From NCBI RefSeq assembly GCF_026571515.1, contig NW_026863406.1, positions 1 to 64,000 on the forward strand: a stretch of DNA of 64,000 bases, given 5' to 3'. Every line of letters starts with the position of its first letter. Positions within the stretch are counted from its first letter, which is position 1. Shown here piece by piece: positions 51,901-61,280 of this stretch. The notes beneath the pieces are model-generated. The model made no database searches, had not been told where the DNA came from, and saw only the letters and a list, made by a program, of their open reading frames with translations. This DNA is from Ruditapes philippinarum (lineage: Eukaryota). Both the position numbers and the translations under genes were made by a program.

Positions 51901-54900
51901 GTATGCATTAACATGATGGCTATACATGCTTTAAATATAATATAAACACAATTGACATCACTTATAATATTTCTTCAGTTAATTAATTAATAGTAGATTA
52001 ATTAATAGTAGTATTAATTAAAAGTAGATTAATTAGTAGTAGATCTGGCAATAGCATCTAAATGTTTTTGAGCTGCAAATATGAATATAAAAAATTATTA
52101 TTGATATCTATTGATCAGCTATTTATAAGCTTTCTCAAAATATGTGTTTATATATTTTCATGTACATTTGTTGATAATGATGTGTAAGAAAAGATGTGAT
52201 GATAAAATCAATTTCATATTTTTTCTTTCCTCACTTTTATTAGAAGATGAAGTCACCTTGGATGTTGATTAATAAAATCTGTTCTATTCTGTTCTGGTAA
52301 CAGAAATTTCTTTTATGTCCTGAATGTTGTAATGTCAGATTTATATGCATATAATTATGCTTATAAAACAATTTTCAAACATCAAAGAATATGTAAAATA
52401 TGTACTGCAAACATTTGTGCACATTATATTTGATCACTAAAATTACATACATTCATTTCTTATTGAAAAATTTGACTGAGAAATTGTAGAAAATTAATTT
52501 CTAATTACCTCCCTTTATTTTCATGAAATGTTAAATTCGGTTATATCTTTATAAATAATGCTTTTTAAATTTACAAAATTGATAAATCTTAATCTGAGCG
52601 TCATATTTACGACATTGAAACAAATATGTATATTGAAACAATAAGAACTCGTCTTCTTGACAAATTTTGTTGTTATATACGTAACATGATATACGACCGA
52701 TATGTAGTTTAGCCGGGATGTCTTGCCCACGTGCGTAAACTGTGTCAAATTTGGCATTTCTAAAAACAGAACAATGCCAAACACCCCCACTGTCTACAAC
52801 ATACCAATCGCAAGATTTTTGCGAAATGGTTTCCTTAAATTTTCGCGTTTATGTATCAGAATCCGTAACTTTCTTTTAGTTTTACTGCTAGGTTTGGGCA
52901 CTTCGCCCTGTAGCCATGACGTGAGCGACATAACAAATTTACAGTAAAAATTTGATGTTAACAGACTCAAAACTATGATTAAGTTTTTAATCCGGTCGCT
53001 GATCATTAATGAAATTGATTATTTTTAATTGACAAACAGTTTTGTGATAGCCGTGAAAAATCCATTGCACATCGCCTTTACTCGGGTTAAAAACCCACCA
53101 TCGAAGTGCATCGTGTATATCAATTAGGGAAGATTGCACGTGTTTAGATAATCGGGGAAAAAACAATGTATAATTATCGCCAAATCCCGGATTAAACTCG
53201 CAAACTATCACACAATTATACCGTTTCGGGTCGATGCTCTCATTATTTACTGTTTAGAGTAGGCGGTCTATCGCTTCGCTTACAGGTAGAAGGGTAGTAT
53301 AAAGCGACGCTCTGATTGGATAATGATAATTAGCGGTCGTCATATGGGCGGATACAATCTCTGCTCTTTACAACGCTAAGTAATTACTATTTGGAATTAA
53401 GATTTTATCGGCGATGTTGACTTCTCTTTGATCAATTGGAAGAGCGAAATTGGAATATACACGGCGAAGTTTTCGCCTGAATCGCCCTTCCGGATGAGCC
53501 CTGATACATTGATATATGTTCATTATATTTTACTGCACATTCTGTACTTTATAATCTGATATGTTCACTTGCAATATTTATTGTAACCCATTATTTTGTT
53601 ATGTACCAAACAACAGAGAATTTAGTATTAACCCAGCTTTGTTTTCGACCAACTAAACAAATTAAGTTATTCTAGTTATAAATGAAACTTAATATAAAGA
53701 GAGTATCTTACCTCATCCATCTCCCCTTTATTCTTCTTTGGCTGTTTTAGAGGTTTCTTTTTGCCACCTGGATATACACAACAGCAACATATAATAATCG
53801 ATATAATACAAATTTATGCTTAAGATTAAAATTTAATCATTATTTTTAACCTTTTACCCCATGAGCAAATTGCGAAAAATGGCAGTTTTCATTGAGAAGC
53901 CTTGTAATGTCTGCTATAACATAGTTACTGGACAAGCATGGGTAGAGAGATTAAACAACGCAGCCGTCTGGTTACTAAATCTATTTACTAATCATACTAC
54001 ATAGAGGTGATGCCAGGTGAATTTAGGCGGGGCTTATCAGCTAGTGGCTAATACTAGCTGACCAATAGCGAGTCAATATATTACATCCGCCTTTTTCTCA
54101 GAAGAATAACATGCAAGTAGTTTAAAAAGTTCATGAACTCAAAATCCCTGAAATAAAAGCATTATAATCATGAACATAATCTAGCATGTCACTTGTAAAT
54201 AATAGTGGTCATTTATCTAAGAGGCATGAAGTTTTCAGAGCAATAAAGTTTAGACATTTTGTAAACAGTCTCAGAAATAATGTTACACTGATTAATCTTA
54301 ATGTTTTCTCTAGCAGTTTGAATGATAGCATTTATTGCTATTTAATTTAAAGTAATCATTTCCTGAAACATGTCATTAATTTTCTTAGTTTAATGGTTAG
54401 TCTGTATGGTCAGTTTGTTTTCATTGAGAATGTGTCTGACAGTTTATCTCTGATAAAATGGACGGATCTGAGTGATATGCCTTCTCACAATGTCATTGTG
54501 TCTTGATTTTAATTTCACTTGATTTCCCGTTTGTCCAATAACAGTGTATATTTCATTATTCCATTTTGAGTCTAATTTTCCTTGATGTTTGTTTAGAATA
54601 AGCACTTTCTGTCCAAGTTTATATGTTATAATCCGAGTATTTGCCTGCCTGTCTGCGTATTTCTTCATGTTTTGTTTTTTGTATGAGTCCATTTTTCTTA
54701 CTTTTGTGTCATTTTTCTTTCTTTCAAAGTGCGGTAGTTTATTCCTAATTGTTCTGTTGAATAATAGGGATGCAGGTGCGGATCCTGTGGATACATGAGG
54801 GGTTGTTCGATATGTCATCAAAAATTTGTAGATTTCTGTTCGCCAGTTTTTCTTTCCATTGTTAGCAGTCTTAACGCATTTTGCTATTGTTTTGTTGAAA

Positions 54901-57184
54901 TTTTCTACCAATCCTGCTGCTTGTGGATAATAAGGCGTAACACGTTGGTGTTTTATTCCGTTTGCAGTGAAGAAGTTTGTGATTTCTTGAGATACCATGT
55001 TTGGTGCATTGTCCGTTTTAATCACTGACGGAAGTCCATGTGTGGCGAATATTTTCATAAGTCTTTGAATGATACATCTTGAAGTGATTGATTTCATGAT
55101 TTCAACTTCTGGATAACGAGAGTAGTAATCTATTACTACAAGAATATATTCTCCCCCTGGGAACGGTCCTGTTAAATCCATCCCAACAATTTGCCAGGGT
55201 GTCTCTGGTAATTCGGTTGGCGTGATAGGAAGTTGTCGTGGCGGGTTTGAGACTAGCTGGCACTGGAAGCACGTTTTAATCAGCATTTCAATTTCGTTGT
55301 CAATGCCAGGCCAATAAACTTTTTCTCTTAGCATTTGCTTTGTTTTCACTATGCCTTGATGTGTTTCATGTGCTATTTGTAATACTTTTGGCCTAAGTCC
55401 ATCCTCGTCGCCAATGTAATGTCTGCTATAACATAGTTACTGGACAAGCATGGGTAGAGAGATTAAACAACGCAGCCGTCTGGTTACTAAATCTATTTAC
55501 TAATCATACTACATAGAGGTGATGCCAGGTGAATTTAGGCGGGGCTTATCAGCTAGTGGCTAATACTAGCTGACCAATAGCGAGTCAATATATTACAAGC
55601 CTCCTGTTATAAAATTATAAATACATAAATTTTGAGCTGTTGATGATCAAAAGTAAAAAAGATTAAACAAATACTTTTTCTAACAAAATAATCAAACTGT
55701 AACATCCGAAAAATCATATTTAAATCCTTTTATTTAAGCATTCTTATACACTGAACCAATACAGAAAAGGCTATCACGGTAAGAACTAAATCTGATAGAC
55801 TAATTAAATGTAAGCATTTAATGAGTCAAAGTCTCAAAAACAAAATATTTTTTAATGAAATATTTGCCGATATAAGTTTGTATGAATATGTTTTTCTGTC
55901 AAAAAATTTGGAATCAATCTGTAAAGCGCTTTACTTAACCAGTATGGCAGACATGCAAAATCAGATTGTTGTTTGTATTTTATTTTAAATTGATTATTAG
56001 TAATATTACACCGTTTGAGATTTTTTTATTAATGATTGAGCATGAAATTGAAAAATATTTGATAAACTTTTGATAAGGCAAACTTGAAAGGCAAAACATT
56101 AGATATTTTTTTTATTTTATTAAGTTGCTATGGTTTTCCTAGCAATATCTGTAATATGCTTGACCATCATAAACTTTAACAAGCCCGTAACATTAAATAT
56201 ATTCATTATTGGACTTTGAATGGGAACAAATATTCAAAATATGTTCGGTTCCATAAATATAAAATTCTCATCTGACCCTGGGAGTTAAAATATGTATATT
56301 TTAAGTCCCAGTCTGAGCATACTATTTGAAATATTTCAGTCAATCATATGATGCTTATTATGCAAATTTAAAACCAATTCTTGATTACGTAAATTACAAT
56401 TTATAGATTTCTTTAACAACGTTTTCAGTATTCTTCTTTTATCCACTTTTAAATAACTCTATTTTACTGTCTTATAATTTTGATGTCTTTATTTGACATG
56501 ATATATAATATAGATTAACTGATGACTGCCAGGTATTTCGAGTATCCTGTTTTCTTTAAATTCTTATATTATCATTGGGCTAAGGAATGAACTGGCAAAG
56601 ATGAACTTAACATTTCTAAATAGTAATTTTTTGCCCTCAATACAGAAAAATATCCCTTTAGACATTATGAACAAAAGAAAAAAATTGTAAGAAAAATTGT
56701 TACATAGCAACAAGCAATAAATAAAATTACCAGATAATACAAGATCAGGTCAAGATTTCAAGATATTTACCTACAGTCTGTAAATTTTTGGACAATCCAT
56801 AATTTTACAGATTTTTTTAATAAATATATGAAATGTCCAAAAATCTGGTCCGAAATGTCCCTAAATATGGACCGAAGTGTCCCAAAATCTGGTCCGAAAC
56901 GTCCATTGTCCGAAATGTCCTATTACCGTTAAGAAATATACTTTGAAATAAATTGAAAATCGTATTTTTTATGCTTTTCTAAGCCTGTTTTGAGTGAAAA
57001 GCGTTTAAACGTCTTTCATTGTGTGGCTTTTTTTTACAATTTAAATAAGTAATCCGGAAAAACGAAGAGCGCGAATGATCTGAAGATAGATCTACAAGAA
57101 AACCTGAGAGAAACAGAAGTCAGAATCAAAATTAACTAAATAAATAAACAGATTCATAAAATTCTTACCTTCTCTACCCGACAT
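48906..57184 (-). CDS. TMA7: Translation machinery-associated protein 7, 64 aa
   Basis: Exons 57184-57169, 53767-53712, 50854-50767 and 48940-48906 (all GT-AG) join to [64 protein letters not shown], the canonical TMA7 sequence pattern. Confidence 0.97.
49658..50715 (-). mobile_element. HINE/pearl-like element with ~7 x 143 bp repeats (TMA7 intron 3)
   Basis: GGGCCATGATGGCCC hairpin plus GCTCACCTGA at one end, CTCAGGTGAGCTAAAAA at the other; GTGTTAACAAG recurs about every 143 bp. Confidence 0.85.
50939..51687 (-). mobile_element. HINE/pearl-like element with 4 x ~162 bp repeats (TMA7 intron 2)
   Basis: AACTAGA end, GTGTCC-ATA-GGACAC hairpin, GCCCCC/GGGGGC sub-terminal IR, (GGAC)n microsatellite. 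Confidence 0.85.
51822..53503. mobile_element. Non-autonomous TIR element, 12-bp TIR CAGGGCTCATCC, 7-bp TSD ATACATT
   Basis: Perfect 12-bp TIRs; ATACATT at 51815-51821 and 53504-53510; no long ORF; in TMA7 intron 2. Confidence 0.9.
53903..55597 (-). mobile_element. Gypsy/Ty3 (Mag-like) LTR element, 1695 bp, retaining only integrase
   Basis: Two 183-bp LTRs that look identical (53903-54085 and 55415-55597, TGTAAT...ATTACA), 5-bp TSD AGCCT, PBS TGGCGACGAGGATGG (55413-55399, complementary to the tRNA-Ser(GCT) 3' end), and PPT GAGAAAAAGGCGGA next to the 3' LTR. Lies in TMA7 intron 1 in sense orientation. Confidence 0.95.
54444..55400 (-). CDS. Retroviral-type DDE integrase (HHCC + rve), uninterrupted frame
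   Basis: Open frame GLRPKVLQIAHETHQGIVKTK...YWPG...CFQC (HHCC), MDLTGP, KTDNAP, GLVENFN (D,D,E), YRTTPH. The first in-frame ATG lies downstream of the two His residues. Confidence 0.9.
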   Translation of the reverse strand, partial: GLRPKVLQIAHETHQGIVKTKQMLREKVYWPGIDNEIEMLIKTCFQCQLVSNPPRQLPITPTELPETPWQIVGMDLTGPFPGGEYILVVIDYYSRYPEVEIMKSITSRCIIQRLMKIFATHGLPSVIKTDNAPNMVSQEITNFFTANGIKHQRVTPYYPQAAGLVENFNKTIAKCVKTANNGKKNWRTEIYKFLMTYRTTPHVSTGSAPASLLFNRTIRNKLPHFERKKNDTKVRKMDSYKKQNMKKYADRQANTRIITYKLGQKVLILNKHQGKLDSKWNNEIYTVIGQTGNQVKLKSRHNDIVRRHITQIRPFYQR

Positions 57185-57769
57185 GATTGACAATAACTTG
57201 CTGGAAATGAATAATAAAACGTAGTAAAACCGGTTAAAACCACTGAAAACCACGTTCAACTGATCAACATCAACAAACGCTTTCAGATAGTAGCAACATT
57301 TCGGTTATTTCCGTCAGTCTTAGGTCGGTCTTTTCCGTCAAACTTCGGATTATACGGCTAAAGACAGACGGAAAGACGCGATTGAGTGAATAATAGCCGA
57401 GCTGTTCCGATTAGATTCCCGGTAAGTCTTAAATGCGAAGAAGACATTTATATACGAAAAACTTTTTCTCAAGGAAACTCCATTATACACCCCTACCTAA
57501 GTAATTCCCATTTCTGTCCCTTCATTCAAAAGATTTATCTTATCAAACTTTGAAAATCAACTTAAACTACAACTCTACGGGACGTCATTGCTTTTACTTG
57601 TGAAATTATTCCTTTGATACTCGTGCCTTATTCTGCTGTGTATTATATTACTGATGGCAATGTTTGGGTGGGTGTTTTTCCAGGCTGTGCTAAGTGAATA
57701 TCGCCCTACTTCGTCAATCGTTGCTTTAATTAATATTAAATAACCTAGGCAATGGACCACATACGGATG

Positions 57770-58790
57770 TCATTGAAATGGCCTTTTCAAAGGTCTTTGA
57801 AAAAGTTGACAAATTCAAATTAATACATGTATATGCATTACAAATAATTGGCATAAACTATCAAGTTTCACCCTGAATTAGGTCATTTCTGAGCAATCGC
57901 AGTCAGAGACAGGCGCAGTTTAGGGCCATACATTGTACTTCTGTTAATTTGCCAATGAAATAAATTTATAAAGAATTAATGTCAGAAACGGTAAAAAGTA
58001 AAGCAAGGTTATTTGAGGATGGATGACACTTTAATACACTTGTTACTATATATAGTAACAAAATTGCCTATGATTTCAACTGATTATGAGTGTCACGTGA
58101 CCTATTATGAGTTTGCGGCCCGGGGCCGAGAACTAGTTATCAGCCCGCAGAACATGTGCACGTGCACAAACTGAAACAATGACGTCATATTTTACGTCAT
58201 GAAACAGTTAACTGTAAAAGTGAAAGTAGGTTGACAGCACATCGTATTTAGTACAAACACATTTTTGTTACTGTTGAAATTTGAAGAAATAATACGACAA
58301 ATTCAATCCGAAAAAAAAAATGAAAATAAAACTTGCTTCTTTGAACACACAAACAGTAAACATCTCCGTACAGAACACAAGAATTTCAACCAAAGAACTT
58401 CAAAGTAGATTTCTATTTGTTGTTGTTGTTTTTTTTTTTTCTTTTTTAAAAATGCTACTATTAGATCTACCAAGTGTATTAAAGACATTAATACACGTCA
58501 GAGTAGGGCCGGAAGGTGATAATCGGCCCTGAATGAATAATGGCCCTCGGGCTAAAGCCCTCGGGTCCATTATTCATTTTGCGGGCCGATTATCACCTTC
58601 CGGCCCTCTCCTGCCGTGTATTAACCTCTTAATATTCTACGCGACAAACGAGGGTGAAACAGACGTGGACAGATTACAAAATGGCTTACAGAACCTATAA
58701 ATATAGGAACGAGTCTGGACTATGAAGTTCATCCGGACATGTGTAATGTGCATAGGGCCGACCACCTGTAAAAAGGAACCCTACCATTTT
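57770..58790 (+). pseudogene. Highly degenerate CR1/L2-type LINE reverse transcriptase remnant, split by an insertion
   Basis: Peptide relics FSKxFxKV, IRSFLSNRSQR, (L)GP, KARLFxDD(T) at ~58000-58029, then after the insertion DRLQNxLQNL...WTMKF..D.CNV. Confidence 0.6.
58031..58624. mobile_element. Palindromic non-autonomous element, Crypton (tyrosine recombinase)-like
   Basis: Four TTAATACAC/GTGTATTAA motifs forming two inverted pairs (58031/58482 and 58488/58624), a ~55-bp-arm hairpin, and no obvious TSD. Confidence 0.6.
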
Positions 58791-58826
58791 CCCATATACC
58801 CTCAGCTGAAACTGCCAAGTACCTTC

Positions 58827-59000
58827 CCAGCAGGCACATCAACATTGAAACAACGTTGAATTATGGTCAAATTCCAACGTTGAAATAACGTTGGATTTAT
58901 ATTCGGGTTTGAAAGTTTAAACAACGTTGAAATTTGAATGTTGATACGACGTGGCGGCTTCAGTTGAAGTTTCAATGTCGAAAACCCACCATATTTATAT
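58827..59000 (+). mobile_element. Left end of an EnSpm/CACTA-like (CCCAG terminus) element
   Basis: CCCAGCAGGCAC followed by repeated palindromic CAACGTTG(A) motifs; no partner end found. Confidence 0.45.
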
Positions 59001-59404
59001 TTTAAGATATAAAACAAAGTAACAGAGTTTCACTAAAAAATCAAGACAATACTTAATATTTTATTTCAAAAGATGCAGCTTAAATTCAAACTTTTTATGA
59101 AGTACTTTTAGTTTAACCCTTTAGATACAATCTGTTCCGATCAACCTCTTCTTTTGATCTTTCTTGGCATGTCTCGAGTGTTTCATGATTGTGTTTGAAT
59201 ACTTCTTTGGCTGTCTCTTACTGCTTCTTCAAATAAAAATAAGAAGTTAGTAGTTAAAAGTGACTTGGTCAATTTTAAATTCTATATATAATTAATCAAC
59301 ATTTTGTTTTGTTTTTGTTTTATCTTTAAATGCTTATCTCTAAGATTTACATCATAAAACAGAATAGAATTTGAGATAAAGCTGAAATTTCATATTGAAA
59401 GCAA

Positions 59405-61280
59405 TTATTTACATAAAACAACAAAATAGAGAAAATGAGAATCCCCAAAGTCCAAAACGGCAAAATTGAAAATGTTGCAGACTCGGTTTGATTGAGCCTA
59501 ATCATGGACGGTATTGTCGAGGGCAAACTACCATCCATGCTCCCGCTTAAGCAGAATTCATCGGAACAAAAGTGTCGTGTTGAACTATTTTTAAGATAGG
59601 AAATATAACATCTCTAATTGAATGTATGGGGCGGCATTTTGCAGCCTCCACACGGCACAAACAATGTTGATGTGGGGATAAAATAGAAAAAATAATAATC
59701 CCTAAAGAAAATCCAAACCTTTTTAAAAATGCTATCTAAAAGTCTCACCTATAATTGATATTTTCACAATTAAGCATTAATGGAAAGCGCAAAATTATTT
59801 CCAACTCTAAATGTTTGAGCGCGAATTTGAAAATATACAGTACATATTTAATATCCGGAAAAAAATAACATAGTTTTCTTGACAAAAATTTCTTACAGAC
59901 TTATTCAATAAAGGAATATTTACACAGAATTACTTCTATAAAAGCAGAAAATAATAATCATCTGTTGGACCGTGTCTTTGCCAATCGTCGCCATTTTTAT
60001 TTCTTTCATATGAGCACTGTATGAATTAAAAAGAAGCAATGAAAACATATATTTGTTAGCTGTGATAGTGGAAGGAAATTTATTTGTGTATTTCCAGAAG
60101 CAGAGAGAACCGTAAACATGCCCTAATGGTGCTCATTATGTGACTGGAACTTTACGGTTATAAAACCTAAATATGACTTGATCCAGAGTCGAGTTACGTG
60201 CTACCAGGACATCATTCATGGTATATAGCAATTAACTCGATGTTGTACTTACATTTGTATATTGAGAATCATTAAGTGCCCCTCAATTTAGAATTGCAAC
60301 CACCGGATAATTGGGGTTATATTTCATCATGTTATAACGGTTAGTTTCATTTCAAAGTATTTTCAATGAACTGTAGCCAAGGGTCGCCGGCAGAGCCTTC
60401 GCTTTGGGGTCGTTTGGGGAATAAGATTCGCTGGTGTAGTGAGCGCCCTACACGGAAACCCTTGGCTGGTTGTGGTGGGATACTGATTAGCCTGTCTTGT
60501 GCCCTGTCCTATTTTTGTTTGGGGTCCGTCTGGGCTCCTTGCCACTTGTTCTTGTTGCTGGGTCGTGTTGGGTTGCGTTCATTAACGCCGCCTTTCCTTG
60601 TTGATCTTGTTTATCATATTTTAATATTTTATTTCTTGTAACCGTGACATCCAGTATCCTCTTTGTTAAATATAACTTATAAAAAGTCTCCCCGTACATT
60701 TAATCAATGATGTTATATTTTCGATCCTTGAAGATCGTTCAGCACGACATTATTGTTGTGCTTGTGGTATTTTTAGTTTCAACTTTTTGGCACTTTCTAG
60801 TTGGGTGGTTCCAATATTCCTACTTGAATAATGTTGAATCACCCTTAGGATATGTTGCCTGCTTTTTAAATTTGTCTTTTGACGTCCTCTCTGTGATACG
60901 CAGGCTTCATAACCTCAGATCCCCTTTCAAAATTCCATTTTATTTAGTTCCGCCCATTGTTTTCTCGTTTAGGGCACACGCATTTTTTTACTTGGGGACC
61001 ATATGCCGCTTTTCATGGAATGGCACTACCGTGTCACATTGAAGGTTCCATGATAACCGCCATATGAACACATCTGCGGATGTTTCAAAATTGTAAATTT
61101 TACCAGTTCATGTTAAATGTTGAATTCTGCTTAAGCCGGTGCTAGGGGGCGTGGACGGTAACTTGCACTTTCCAGTACCGTCCATGAACAGGCTCAATCA
61201 AACCGAGCCTGCAACATTTTCAATTTTGCCGTGTTGGGCTTTCTTTAGGGATTCTGTATTTATCTATTTTATAAATGACA
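59405..61280. repeat. ~150-bp inverted repeat pair (59405-59560 / 61120-61280); third copy at ~43055-43150
   Basis: ACGGCAAAATTGAAAATGTTGCAG(A/G)CTCGGTTTGATTGAGCCT...GCTTAAGCAGAATTCA present in opposite orientations. Confidence 0.8.

Noticed and set aside
55400-57184. TMA7 exon 1 splicing into the LTR to supply an AUG for the integrase
   Set aside because: The nearest AG acceptors in the LTR put TMA7 exon 1 into the short frame ending in TAG, not the integrase frame.
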